Shown in pieces: positions 8,049 through 17,936 of a stretch of 64,000 nucleotides of DNA. Made by a program: the position numbers and the translations under genes. Each line of letters begins with the position of its first letter. Within the stretch, counting starts at the first letter, position 1. Under the pieces are notes generated by a model that was given only the letters and a program-made list of their open reading frames with translations, did not search any database and was not told the DNA's origin. Source of the DNA: Actinomycetota bacterium (GTDB taxonomy: Bacteria; Actinomycetota; CADDZG01; WHSQ01); contig JAXDJR010000015.1 of the NCBI GenBank assembly GCA_034667545.1, forward strand, positions 2,850-66,849, given 5' to 3'.

Positions 8049-9737
8049 CTACTTAGGTGCCGGTAGGTCAGCCTGGGACTGGGTGTCGTCCGGATCGAGG
8101 CTCTTGCCTCCGCCTGAGGATTGCCGCGTGGTTGCCGCGCGCGTCTCTTCTCTAGTGGCGCGAGCATCACGCTTGGGCAGATCTTGGTAGTAGGAGTAGT
8201 AGCCGGCGTGGTGACGGTAGGCCCGGGCACGAGACTTCTCCAGGTTGTTGATCACGATGCCGATACGGCGGGCTTGCAGTTGGTCCAGCTGCTCGCGAAC
8301 GTCGTCGGCAGCGGCACGAGTAGACACCGCAGGGTCCACCACGAGCAAAACACCGTCGCTGTGCGGAAGAAGAGAGGCAGTGTCGGCAACCAGCAGGATG
8401 GGGGCCGCGTCCACGATCACGAAATCACTCCGATCACGCAAGTTATCCAGCACTTTCCCCATCGCCTCGGATCCGATGAGCTCTGCTGCATTGTCACGTG
8501 CGCCGCCGCTGAACAGGATCTGCAACTCGTCGATAGAGGAGGGCACTAGCGCGCGGTCGATAGTTGTCTGACCGGTCAGAACCGTCGCAAGTCCGATCGG
8601 AGAGGAGCCTCCGAAGAACTCGTGCAGCCTCGGCTTGCGCAGGTCGGCAGAGAGCAGCGTGACTCGTTTCCCGGCTTGAGCGAGAGCCACAGCCAGGTTC
8701 GCTGCGGTAGTCGTCTTGCCTTCCCCTTCGAATGCACTCGTGACCAAGATCACCTTGGCACCGGTGCGGGATGCCGCGAAGAGCACCCCCGCGCGAAGGG
8801 TCCGATAGGCATCAGCAGCAACCGACTGAGGCATCGATGACGAGAGCAGCACCGGAACACCACGTCCTTGCGAGCCGCGTACTTTTGGAACTACGGCCAG
8901 CACCGAGGCTCCGGCGTGAGCTTGCAACTCTGCCCGGTCCGTGAAGTGCTCGTCCAGACGCTCCCGGAGGAACGCGACCCCTATGCCGAGGGCGAACCCT
9001 ACGAGCACCGCCAGCAGCATGTTCTTGATGAGGCTGGGGCTCGAAGGTGCGGACGGCAGCTCGGCAGGCGTCGTGATATTGCCTACCTGAACGCTGCTGG
9101 CGGGAGTGATGTTGGCGATCTGCCCCTGGAGGAGAGTCTTCCTGTCGCGGAGCGAGTTCTCCTTGTTGTTAAGACTCGCCAGGATTGCCGGATCCGTTGT
9201 GCTAGTGATCTGGTTGGTGACATTTTGAATCTGCGAGTAGAGACGCTTCACGCGCAACTGCAACGGTTGGATCACCGTCTGGACGGTCTGGACCGCCTGT
9301 TGGGTGCGGTACTGAAGGTACGCGGTCGCGAACCCCGCAGCGATCTGCTGGGCCTCAGCAGCCTTCGGTGAGGAATAGGAGATCTGAAGGATCTCGGTGT
9401 TGGTGGGCACCGTGACCGCAAGATTCTGCAACAGCGTCTTGGTGCTCTCCTGTAGCGAAAGATCCTTCAGGACGAGGGAAGCCACGGTCGCAGAAGAAAC
9501 TAGGTTCTTCTCGGTGTCCATGTTGGGGGGTACCGGCTGTCCCTGTTGGATAGCCGTCAAGGAAAACGGTTGCACTTCGACTTGCGCCTGAGACGTATAG
9601 ATCGGGGTTTGCTGGAACGTGAACGCCAGAGCCGACAGGATGACGACTGCAGCGATAGCGAGGACGGACCACTTGCGGTATCTCAGAACCTGTAGGTAGT
9701 CGTTCAGATCGCTACCGGCGCCACCTGCTGAACTCAT
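8049..9737 (-). CDS. Polysaccharide co-polymerase / tyrosine autokinase (Wzz domain fused to CpsD/Wzc-like BY-kinase)
   Basis: Two TM segments flank a long coiled periplasm-like Wzz region. Walker A is EGEGKTTTAANLAVALAQAG and Walker B is FVIVDAAP. A C-terminal tyrosine cluster reads YRHHAGYYSYY. Confidence 0.9.
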   Translation of the reverse strand: MSSAGGAGSDLNDYLQVLRYRKWSVLAIAAVVILSALAFTFQQTPIYTSQAQVEVQPFSLTAIQQGQPVPPNMDTEKNLVSSATVASLVLKDLSLQESTKTLLQNLAVTVPTNTEILQISYSSPKAAEAQQIAAGFATAYLQYRTQQAVQTVQTVIQPLQLRVKRLYSQIQNVTNQITSTTDPAILASLNNKENSLRDRKTLLQGQIANITPASSVQVGNITTPAELPSAPSSPSLIKNMLLAVLVGFALGIGVAFLRERLDEHFTDRAELQAHAGASVLAVVPKVRGSQGRGVPVLLSSSMPQSVAADAYRTLRAGVLFAASRTGAKVILVTSAFEGEGKTTTAANLAVALAQAGKRVTLLSADLRKPRLHEFFGGSSPIGLATVLTGQTTIDRALVPSSIDELQILFSGGARDNAAELIGSEAMGKVLDNLRDRSDFVIVDAAPILLVADTASLLPHSDGVLLVVDPAVSTRAAADDVREQLDQLQARRIGIVINNLEKSRARAYRHHAGYYSYYQDLPKRDARATREETRAATTRQSSGGGKSLDPDDTQSQADLPAPK

Positions 9738-10023
9738 TGATCGGTTCCCCTAAACTTGTCGTGAAAGCATCGTTGTGCACTACCCGTTCCGTACCAATCC
9801 TCCCGGGCGGGGGCCCTGAACCCAACCTCTGCCCCACGTAGAGCCGATACGTTGACGGGAGCAGACCGCCATCCCCGCCACGATATCCGACCGTTGCGGG
9901 CACATCCGGCGAGCAGGGCGACCAGATCTTCCATTGGAAGCGTGGTTACCGGTCCTATATCGGACACTCCCACGAGGTTCTTGAGAATGTGCCCGCTCTG
10001 GTTCCCGGCGAAACTGGCAGTAA

Positions 10024-11100
10024 TCAGACGGGAGGGGGAGCCTTCTTTCGCCCGGGCCAGGGTCTCCGCAGAGCGAAGGCGAGGCGGGCGAGCATGGGCC
10101 CCGGGTCCGACAGGGACTCGTAGCTGTGGATGGTTCCCCGGTGGGGGGCAAGGGCACGGACCGCGGCCCCCGCATCCATCCGTCCCTGTCGAAGGTTCGT
10201 GAGCACGCTGCGAAAATCGCCTTCCATCCACCGGAAGAATCTTCCAGGACGACCCCTCACGGTCGCGACGGCCCCGCCGGTGACGAGGCGGCAATACGAG
10301 GCGGGGAGGTTCACGCCTGCGCCCAACGCCAACGGGAGCGTCCCGTGGACGCGGGGATTCAGGTCGAGCAGATAGTCGCCTGCGAACTCGGCGTGAAAGA
10401 TGCCGTTGTATCCGGCCAGCAATCTCAACAGTCCCGCTTCCGTGTCCTCATCGGGGGAAACGGTGACTGCGGAGGCAGTCGTTCCGCAGGGCATGGGCCA
10501 CACGCGCACGTAGTCCAGATGCACTGCTGCCCTCAATTCCCCCTCCCACATGAGCCCGACAACCGCCCGCAATCTGTCAGAGAGGTAGGGCTGGACGATC
10601 ACCGGACCTTCTTCCTTCAAGGCCTTGGGAAGCTGAGCCGCCGAGTCCACCCGCGCGGCCGAATACCTCTTGAGGGCGGGCTTGATCACCACCGGGTAGT
10701 CGAGCTGGTGGGCGGCTGAAAGAAGCTCGCCGGTAGATCCGAAGGTCTGACTGGGGGGAACCGACAGACCCGCCGCTACGGCGGCCTTGGCACATTCGAC
10801 CTTGTCCATGAGGTGCCTGACCGGAAACTTGAGGGCGACGAGAGCAACATCACTAGTGGGGATGATGGCGGCGTACGAGCCTCTGTCGAACTCCTCCATC
10901 ACCGCTTCGGGATAACCGTCGGTCCCCGCGTAGGGGACGTTAATGCGGGCTGCGCAGAATCGCGACGCTGCAGCCATCGACAACGAACCAGAGACGGTGA
11001 CGGTGGGCTTCCACCCATCGGAAGCCAACGCGCGCACGGTGGATACGGTGCCCCGGGACTGACCGCTCCCTCCGTGGGTCACGAGAACTCGCCTAGACAC
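10024..11100 (-). CDS. ATP-grasp domain protein (carboxylate-amine/thiol ligase-like)
   Basis: The pre-ATP-grasp N-domain is followed by YPVVIKPALKRYSAARV and PVIVQPYL blocks typical of ATP-grasp enzymes. The GTG start overlaps the upstream ORF stop by 8 nt. Confidence 0.8.
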   Translation of the reverse strand: MSRRVLVTHGGSGQSRGTVSTVRALASDGWKPTVTVSGSLSMAAASRFCAARINVPYAGTDGYPEAVMEEFDRGSYAAIIPTSDVALVALKFPVRHLMDKVECAKAAVAAGLSVPPSQTFGSTGELLSAAHQLDYPVVIKPALKRYSAARVDSAAQLPKALKEEGPVIVQPYLSDRLRAVVGLMWEGELRAAVHLDYVRVWPMPCGTTASAVTVSPDEDTEAGLLRLLAGYNGIFHAEFAGDYLLDLNPRVHGTLPLALGAGVNLPASYCRLVTGGAVATVRGRPGRFFRWMEGDFRSVLTNLRQGRMDAGAAVRALAPHRGTIHSYESLSDPGPMLARLAFALRRPWPGRKKAPPPV

Positions 11101-11911
11101 GGCCTTCGGCCTCCATACCGTGCATCTCGTGCGTCTCGGCTACTTTCGCCAGCCACGCCGCCCGGTTCTCAGGGATCTTGCGGCGCGTGCCCAAGATCGC
11201 TTTGACTATCGGACAGCTGGACTTCGTTTCGAACCGGAATCTCGCTCGCCGCGCCAGGATGACGGGATTGCGGATGCCTTTTACGACGAACCATCCATCG
11301 ACGAGCGCCATAGCACTTGGCTCCCAGCGAGACTCTGCAGCTGCACGCGCCCCTTTAATGACGGCATCTTTGACCGGACCAAAGAGCCGCGCCGCCATCT
11401 CGACGCCGGCGGGATCGGCGGCCAGCAACTCTCTTATGTTCTTTTCCTCGATGCCCTCCCAGTTCGGACGACCGCCCCATTTGGTGCCGTTGAGGACCAG
11501 CTTGAAAAGGCCCTCGGCCCCCGGCCGCAGCCGGCGGAAGCCCCGCTGATCCATCTCGGAGAGGCCCTCTAGGTCCTCAATCACGAACAAGGTCGAGCCC
11601 CGGAAAATGCGCCTCTCTTTCACGCTCATCTCGAGGAATGCTGCCGCCCCCTGTGGAAAGGCAACCAGGTTGAGCCCTCCGGGGATGTGGCGGCAGACCG
11701 CCGCGGGCCCCAACCTCTCGCGCAAAGCCCAGTCCAGGAATTCGTTCTCGATGCTGTTCCACTGCGCCGAGGGTGCTGCCGAATCGACATCCCCTACGCC
11801 TGAAAGTGCGGAGTCGACGTTCTTCCACACCAGCCACTCATCCGACACCGTGCTCAAGGTGCGCAGCAAAGGAAGCCAGGGCGAGGAGGGTGTTTCGAGT
11901 GAGCCTTCCAC
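11093..11911 (-). CDS. Hypothetical protein, weak nucleotidyltransferase-like GxGDxD signature
   Basis: 272-aa ORF with coding-like composition, translationally coupled to the ATP-grasp gene (GTGTCTAG overlap). The only recognisable element is LSGVGDVDSAAP. Confidence 0.6.
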   Translation of the reverse strand: MEGSLETPSSPWLPLLRTLSTVSDEWLVWKNVDSALSGVGDVDSAAPSAQWNSIENEFLDWALRERLGPAAVCRHIPGGLNLVAFPQGAAAFLEMSVKERRIFRGSTLFVIEDLEGLSEMDQRGFRRLRPGAEGLFKLVLNGTKWGGRPNWEGIEEKNIRELLAADPAGVEMAARLFGPVKDAVIKGARAAAESRWEPSAMALVDGWFVVKGIRNPVILARRARFRFETKSSCPIVKAILGTRRKIPENRAAWLAKVAETHEMHGMEAEGRV

Positions 11912-12080
11912 GCGTATCCTCCTTGGGCTGTATCGACCGGCTTTTGCGGCTCCATCCGCAGCGCGAACGAGCCCCGCTCCGGGAGGAACGGCAGCACTAG
12001 GATACGAGTGAATCAGAGCCGCCTCTTAGCCCCCCACTTGCTAAGACGAGCGCTGACATCGCTAGGAGGTTTCAACACCC

Positions 12081-12899
12081 ATGATCGATACCCAGGTCCT
12101 TCGCCGGGCGCGGTTCCGAAGCAAGATCTTGCGACGCCCCACGGTTTGGGCCAGGCACCGTGGGATACAGCGACACGATGCGATCTTGGCGAGCTATCCG
12201 CGATCGGGCACTACGTGGATGCGATTCCTCCTCTCTCAGGCCTTGTCGGGCCAATCCTCCGAGTTCAAAGCGATCAGAGGAATCGTTCCGTACGTGGGCC
12301 GGCACAGGCACGCGCTATCGATCCTGCCCGGAGGCGGCAAGCTTATGTACAGCCACGATCTGCTTAGCAAAGACGTCACCGACAGGGCCATCTACGTGGT
12401 GAGGGACGCGCGCGATGTTGCCCTTTCGGAATTCAACTGGCAGAAGCGCATCGGGGTCTACGAAGGCGAGCTCGATCCGTTCTTAAGAGACTTCGTGTCG
12501 GGTCGGGGAAGCCCGTTCGGTTCGTGGGGGGCTCATGTCGACGGCTGGTTTGACGCCGATCGGATCGCCGATGATCGTCTGAAGGTTGTGAAGTTCGAAG
12601 ACCTCAAGAAGGACGCGCCCGGCGTTCTGGCATCCGTACTCTCGTTCCTGCGCGTGACGGTGCCCGAGGCTGAGATCGCCCAAGTGGTGGAGAGCAATTC
12701 GGTCGAGATGATGCGTCAGAAAGAGGATCGCGCGCCAGAGGGCTCCTTCAAGAAGCGAGTGGTCAAACGGAATGTTCGCTTCGTGAATGCGGGGTCCGTG
12801 GGTAAATGGCAGAGAAACCTGAACCCCACCCAAGAACAGCTCATCGAAGAAGCCTTCGGATCGCAATTGCAGCGGCTCGGCTATGCGCTTCACTCGTAG
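12081..12899 (+). CDS. PAPS-dependent sulfotransferase (Sulfotransfer_1-like)
   Basis: 5'-PSB loop YPRSGTTWMRFLL and 3'-PB motif YVVRDARDVALSEF. Confidence 0.85.
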   Translation: MIDTQVLRRARFRSKILRRPTVWARHRGIQRHDAILASYPRSGTTWMRFLLSQALSGQSSEFKAIRGIVPYVGRHRHALSILPGGGKLMYSHDLLSKDVTDRAIYVVRDARDVALSEFNWQKRIGVYEGELDPFLRDFVSGRGSPFGSWGAHVDGWFDADRIADDRLKVVKFEDLKKDAPGVLASVLSFLRVTVPEAEIAQVVESNSVEMMRQKEDRAPEGSFKKRVVKRNVRFVNAGSVGKWQRNLNPTQEQLIEEAFGSQLQRLGYALHS

Positions 12900-12910
12900 C
12901 GCCCGTATGG

Positions 12911-13528
12911 ATGACCACTAGCTCCTCGGCGGGCCGAGTGATTGCGGTACTCGGGCCCGACGGCAGTGGGAAGTCGACGTTCGCCGATGCTCTTGTCGCG
13001 GGGCCTCTCAACCGAGAGACCATCCTTCGCTTGCATCACAGGCCGGGGGCGGTCGTTTCCAAGAGCCCGAGCGAGGCCCCCGTTACAGAGCCCCATGCCG
13101 GCGACCCCTACCCCCGGACCCTTGCCCTAGCCAAGCTCGTATTCCTCTTCCTCGACTTCCAGATCGGGTGGTGGACCCGGATCAAACCATTCGTACGGCG
13201 GGGGGGATGGGTTGTCTGGGAGCGGCCTTGGTGGGACATCTCCATCGACCCCACCCGCTACCGGCTGCAAGGTTCGGAGCGCGCCGCGCGCGTGCTGGGT
13301 GCTGCGTTGCCGGTTCCCGATCTAGTCATCGTGCTCGAGGCGCCCGTCGACGTGCTCCTCGCGCGCAAGCGCGAAGTCTCGGAGGCCGAACTGGAGAGGC
13401 AAACGCACGAGTTACACCACGTCGTGCCGGCAAAGGTCCGAACGGTGTTCCTGGACTCTCGCGAGCCCATACCCACCCTGCTGCAACAAGCGACGGAAGA
13501 GCTGGAGAGCCTTCGGAGCGAGGATTGA
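12911..13528 (+). CDS. Thymidylate-kinase-like P-loop kinase
   Basis: N-terminal Walker A VLGPDGSGKST. The later blocks VVWERPWWDISI and PDLVIVLEAPVDVLLARKRE resemble the dTMP-kinase/nucleotide-kinase fold. ATG 12911 lies 12 nt after the sulfotransferase stop. Confidence 0.7.
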   Translation: MTTSSSAGRVIAVLGPDGSGKSTFADALVAGPLNRETILRLHHRPGAVVSKSPSEAPVTEPHAGDPYPRTLALAKLVFLFLDFQIGWWTRIKPFVRRGGWVVWERPWWDISIDPTRYRLQGSERAARVLGAALPVPDLVIVLEAPVDVLLARKREVSEAELERQTHELHHVVPAKVRTVFLDSREPIPTLLQQATEELESLRSED

Positions 13529-13614
13529 GAGGCAAGACGCGATGGGCCCCCATCCCTCCAGCGTCATCGCGATGGCTGCTGCCGACGACGCCGCGCCGGG
13601 CCGCCACCAATAGC

Positions 13615-14478
13615 GTGCACATCTATCACCCCGTGACGATCAAAGGACTCTTGGGATGGGAAGCCGCGCGTGCGGTTGCGTCGGTGGGCGGGTTCAGATT
13701 GCTTCCCGGCCGCGGCGCAGTCCCTGCGGAAGTGACCGAGCTCCTCCGGGCCAACGGGCTGGCATACCGATCGCTTGCCGTGGCCCGGGCCAACCACCCT
13801 TCCCGATTCCTTGCGCTGCTACTGGGCGAATCCTTGGCCTGTACAGGGGTAGCCAAGATGGCATTCGACGACAAGGGACGTCACGCCCTAGCCAGGGAGG
13901 CGCAAGCGATCGAGGCAGCAACAGCCGTGCTGCCTGCGCCCGTGCGGCCGCCTCTCGTTCGTGCTGCAGCCGATGGATTGCTCCTGCTGGAGCCGGTGGC
14001 GTGGTTGCCGCGCATCACCTCGTGGCGTCTTCCCGGAGAAGTCGCTTATGGATTGGGGGTGTACTCGAGGATGAAGGGAGCCGGTGGCCAGGGTGCCACC
14101 GCAGCCCACGGTGACTTTGCTCCGTGGAACCTCCTGCGGACCGAGGGTGGATGGGTGTTGCTGGATTGGGAGCATGCGTCCGAGTCCAAACCTCCTTTCT
14201 TCGACCTGTGGCACTACTTCATGCAAGCTCATTCGCTACTGGGACGTCCCAACGCGCGAGCACTCGTGGACGGCGTGAGGAAGGGGGACGGCTGGGTTGG
14301 GATCGCTCTGGCGCAATATGCGCGCGGCAGTCAGAGGTCTCCCGCGGAGGCAGTCGATTATTTCGATGACTACATCAGGGCAAGCGCCGAACAACTCGCG
14401 GGAAGGAGCCAGCGGGAACAGCACGGGCTGACGGCGCGAACCGAACTACAGCGTCAGATCACACGTGGACAAGAATGA
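13615..14478 (+). CDS. Aminoglycoside-phosphotransferase (APH)/choline-kinase-like phosphotransferase
   Basis: Catalytic loop HGDFAPWNLL, metal-binding LLDWEHA, and a candidate beta3 lysine in GVAKMAF. The start is uncertain (GTG 13615 chosen). The upstream part of the 436-aa track ORF overlaps the previous gene. Confidence 0.7.
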   Translation: MHIYHPVTIKGLLGWEAARAVASVGGFRLLPGRGAVPAEVTELLRANGLAYRSLAVARANHPSRFLALLLGESLACTGVAKMAFDDKGRHALAREAQAIEAATAVLPAPVRPPLVRAAADGLLLLEPVAWLPRITSWRLPGEVAYGLGVYSRMKGAGGQGATAAHGDFAPWNLLRTEGGWVLLDWEHASESKPPFFDLWHYFMQAHSLLGRPNARALVDGVRKGDGWVGIALAQYARGSQRSPAEAVDYFDDYIRASAEQLAGRSQREQHGLTARTELQRQITRGQE

Positions 14479-14649
14479 AAGAAGCGATGGGCAGAGGTGT
14501 AACGGTTAGCCTGAGGGCACATTCGCCCTTTAGGAGACTCCTCGCTTTGATCGGCAAGAACGCCTTCCCAGACATCTGCAACCTGATCCTTCTGGATAGC
14601 AGCGCGTCGTCATCCCCCCGACTCGGTCTCGCGGAAGCCGGCTGAAACG

Positions 14650-16212
14650 GTGGACGAAACCCCGGGAGTAGAAGACCTAACGCAGGAATCCGCCGCCGAT
14701 GTCGCGACTCTGGCCAAAGGCGGGGCCCTGCAGATGGTTGGTCGCGTCAGCTCTCGCATCCTTGGCTTCGCGTTCATCGCCGTTGCAGTACGGATCTTGG
14801 GGACCAGCAGATATGGGCTGTTCCGAGAGGTCACGCAGGTCCTGTTGATCGCCGCCGCGCTGGCCCCCGGTGGGTTCCAGTTCGCAGCCGTTCGATTCAT
14901 CGCCCGAGCACGCGCGTTGCACCGGCCGGGGGCCGTGCGAGGGTCGGCGACCGTCGCGGTATGGGGCGGGGCAACTGTCTCCACCTTGGTCTTTATCGGC
15001 CTGCTCATATTGGCTCAGCCGATCGCGGATCACTTTGCATCAGGCGCCACGAAGCAAACGGACTTGGCGCATCTCTTGCGGCTGGGGGCACTGTTCGTGC
15101 CGCTCTACTCGATGACTCTGGTGCTCCTTTACTGCACGCAGGGTTACAGAACGCTGGTTCCGACCACGACGGTGAACGATGTGGGATTGCCGGCGGCGCG
15201 CTTCGCCCTGGGAACCATCGCGATCCTGGTAGGGCTCGAGGTTGCGGGATTGGTGGTTGCCCTCGACGTGTCGGCGGCACTGGCTCTGCTCGGAGCGTTG
15301 TGGTTCTACAGAAAGCTCCTCACCGAGGAGGAGAAAGTGGCGACGCCGGAGCGCGAAGTGGGGCCGATCGTGAGATTCGCTCTCCTGTTGGGGGCCTCCA
15401 ACCTATTCAGCACCCAATCGCTGGGGCTCGGCATCATCCTGCTCGGGATCTATTCGACCGATCGCAACGTCGGTTTGTTCGCGATCGCCCTCGCATTGCA
15501 AGCAGCGGGCGGTGTCTTTCTGCAAAGTCTGGTCGGGATCTGGGCTCCAGTCGTGACCAAGGTTTACGAAGAGGGGGACATCGCGCGCTTGCAGTCTCTT
15601 TACCAAGCGATCACGCGATGGATCGTGACGCTGGCCTTCCCCGTATACGCAGCGTTGATGGTGCTCCCGGGCTTCTTCGGTCGTTTGCTGGCCGGTCACA
15701 ATGGAGCCGACGCCGCTCCCCTGATCGTGGTTCTTGCGCTTGGAAATATCTTTTACGCCGGGACGGGACCCTCGGGCCACATCCTGAACATGACGGGGCG
15801 ACCTCGCGTCACGCTCATCAACTCGATCACGGCCGTCATCCTCTACATCATTCTGGGCGCGATCCTGGTGCCGCGCTATGGGGCGATAGCCATGGCAGGA
15901 GTCGACGCCGGAATCACCGCGGCGATCAACCTCACCGTTGTGTTGGAGGGACGCATCCTCGTCGGCGTCCACCCCTTTGGGAAGTCCTTCCTCAAACCGT
16001 TGGGCGCAACGGTGGTCTTTGCCCTATTCCTGTTGTTGTGGAGAACCGTCCTTGGCACGGGACTCGCCGTCGAGGGGGCCGGGTTGGTCGTCGGGGTGAT
16101 CATCTACCTGGGGATCCTGGCGAAGCTGGGGATGGACCCAGAGGAACGGTACGTGTTTGGGCGGATCAAACAGCGGATCCCCTTCCTCGCCCGGCGAGGC
16201 AGAGGTCGCTGA
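14650..16212 (+). CDS. wzx: Oligosaccharide/polysaccharide flippase (MOP superfamily, Wzx-like)
   Basis: 520-aa protein with about 12-14 TM helices. The N-terminal LAKGGALQMVGRVSSRILGFAFIAVAVRILGTSRYGLF is typical of polysaccharide biosynthesis (Wzx) proteins. Confidence 0.85.
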   Translation: MDETPGVEDLTQESAADVATLAKGGALQMVGRVSSRILGFAFIAVAVRILGTSRYGLFREVTQVLLIAAALAPGGFQFAAVRFIARARALHRPGAVRGSATVAVWGGATVSTLVFIGLLILAQPIADHFASGATKQTDLAHLLRLGALFVPLYSMTLVLLYCTQGYRTLVPTTTVNDVGLPAARFALGTIAILVGLEVAGLVVALDVSAALALLGALWFYRKLLTEEEKVATPEREVGPIVRFALLLGASNLFSTQSLGLGIILLGIYSTDRNVGLFAIALALQAAGGVFLQSLVGIWAPVVTKVYEEGDIARLQSLYQAITRWIVTLAFPVYAALMVLPGFFGRLLAGHNGADAAPLIVVLALGNIFYAGTGPSGHILNMTGRPRVTLINSITAVILYIILGAILVPRYGAIAMAGVDAGITAAINLTVVLEGRILVGVHPFGKSFLKPLGATVVFALFLLLWRTVLGTGLAVEGAGLVVGVIIYLGILAKLGMDPEERYVFGRIKQRIPFLARRGRGR

Positions 16213-16422
16213 TCGAGCGGGCCTCCTTGGCACGTCCACCCGTCAGGGATGAGATGGCCCCGTCCGAGAAAATGCCCCCTAGCGCGCCCCACGCAGCCCT
16301 TGATACCCTCATAGAAGGCATCACCAGCAAGTTGCAAAGGTTCAGGTGGATTGACGTTTGAGTAGCGGGCACGTACGGATCTGCTCGTGGACACGTACTG
16401 ACGACTACTTCTAGGCGGCTGA

Positions 16423-17925
16423 ATGCTTAGTTCCTCACAAGGGTCCTGGTACCGAAGGACCTTGCCGGGCGTTAATCCGGCGCGGGCCGCGGGAAACGCG
16501 GTGATCGCGATGACGGCATTGGGAGCCGGTGTCGGCATCGCTCTGGGAAGTAAGTGGGGGCTGGCGATCGCCGGAATCTCCCTCTTGTTCGCAGCGGCGA
16601 GCGTGGGCTTGTTCCAACTCACCATCCCTCGGTACGCGTTCGGGTACATGGCTATCGAACTACCGGCGATATTCATCTTGATAGCAAGTCTTGGTCTTCG
16701 GGCACGCACAGCGGAGGACCTCGCGGCCAATCCGTTGGACTTCGTCGGCTTGCTGCGCCTTGCCAGCACGGGAATCGCTTTCATGCTGGGGGCCATCGCG
16801 TGCATCTCCGCGACGCGCGATACGACCGAGACCGTGACGAACAGGCCGCTGCGCATCTATATCTGTTACGCGCTCGTGGCCTCGATCGGGATCTTTGCCT
16901 CCGTGAGCCCGGCCCTCACGGGTTACCGCGCCTTCGAGGTGATCGCCGCGATCGTGATGATCGCAGGCGCTTACCGAACCGCCGGGAAAGAAGCTTTGCT
17001 TCGCCTGGAAGGGTTGCTCTATTGGTGGATACTGATCCTCGTTGGCACCGTCTGGGTTGGAGTGGCAGCGTTCCCAGCCCTGACCGTCCAGCACATCAAC
17101 AGTCCGATCCCATACCAGATCCAAGGCGTCTATCCGGGGGTCACCTCCAACACGCTCGGCGAGCTGGCCGTCCTGCTGATCTTTTGGTCTGTGGGCCGGT
17201 TGCTGGCACCCGGGGTCGAGAGGGGCCCCAGGCGTCCGGTTGCGTGGGCGGTCGCGGCCTTTGGATTCATCACGTTGATGGGGGCCCAGTATCGAACTGG
17301 TTACGCGGCCGTGATGCTTGGATTTGCGATATTGCTGTTCCTGCGCGGCCGCAAAGTCCTTGCCGGGTTCGGCGTCATCGTGGTGGCTGTCGGGACCATC
17401 ATCGGATCGAGAGTCGCGACGCAAGCTGCGCCGCTTCTCTTGCGGGGGCAGAATAGCTCGCAGGTCAGCAACTTGAATGGACGTCTGAACTGGTGGGAGC
17501 TCGCCATCCCGATCTGGAAGAAATCCCCCATCATCGGAGGTGGCCTTCGTACCGCCAGCCGGCTGCTCGTCTTGGGACAGTCAGGCTTCCAGAACACCAG
17601 CACCGTCCACAGCACGTGGGTGGAAGCGCTCGTCGGGACGGGAGTGCTTGGAACTGCCGCCCTTGCCATCTTTCTGATGATTACGATGCGCCGGGCTTTC
17701 CTGACTGCGCTGCGACCGTACGGAAGGATCGTCCCCCTTCTCGCCCTCAGCACGCTTGCGGTGAGGAGCTTCACTGGGGATACCTTCGAGAGCGGTGGTC
17801 TTTACTGCTTGCTCACGCTGGTGTTCGTGATGGGTCTACGGGATCAGTACTTCGTTCGACCGAGGGCGTCAACCCGCATCAGCTCATCCGGTCACGCCGA
17901 GCGTGTTCCCGTGGGAGTCGACTAA
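16423..17925 (+). CDS. wzy: O-antigen ligase/polymerase family membrane protein (Wzy-like)
   Basis: 500-aa polytopic membrane protein. A Wzy_C-like block (STVHSTWVEALVGTGVLGTAALAIFL) follows a large loop. Confidence 0.8.
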   Translation: MLSSSQGSWYRRTLPGVNPARAAGNAVIAMTALGAGVGIALGSKWGLAIAGISLLFAAASVGLFQLTIPRYAFGYMAIELPAIFILIASLGLRARTAEDLAANPLDFVGLLRLASTGIAFMLGAIACISATRDTTETVTNRPLRIYICYALVASIGIFASVSPALTGYRAFEVIAAIVMIAGAYRTAGKEALLRLEGLLYWWILILVGTVWVGVAAFPALTVQHINSPIPYQIQGVYPGVTSNTLGELAVLLIFWSVGRLLAPGVERGPRRPVAWAVAAFGFITLMGAQYRTGYAAVMLGFAILLFLRGRKVLAGFGVIVVAVGTIIGSRVATQAAPLLLRGQNSSQVSNLNGRLNWWELAIPIWKKSPIIGGGLRTASRLLVLGQSGFQNTSTVHSTWVEALVGTGVLGTAALAIFLMITMRRAFLTALRPYGRIVPLLALSTLAVRSFTGDTFESGGLYCLLTLVFVMGLRDQYFVRPRASTRISSSGHAERVPVGVD

Positions 17926-17936
17926 CCGAGTAAAGA

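Noticed and set aside
13168-13614. N-terminal extension of the APH-like ORF (436-aa version)
   Set aside because: It overlaps the P-loop kinase gene in another frame with Arg/Ala/Gly-rich sequence. The kinase fold is complete from a start near 13615.
14961-16361. 466-aa alternate-frame ORF inside wzx, plus other overlapping ORFs at 15403-15972 and 16104-16856
   Set aside because: The chosen frame gives a coherent multi-TM flippase. The alternate frames give Arg/Gly/Pro-rich sequence without hydrophobic periodicity.
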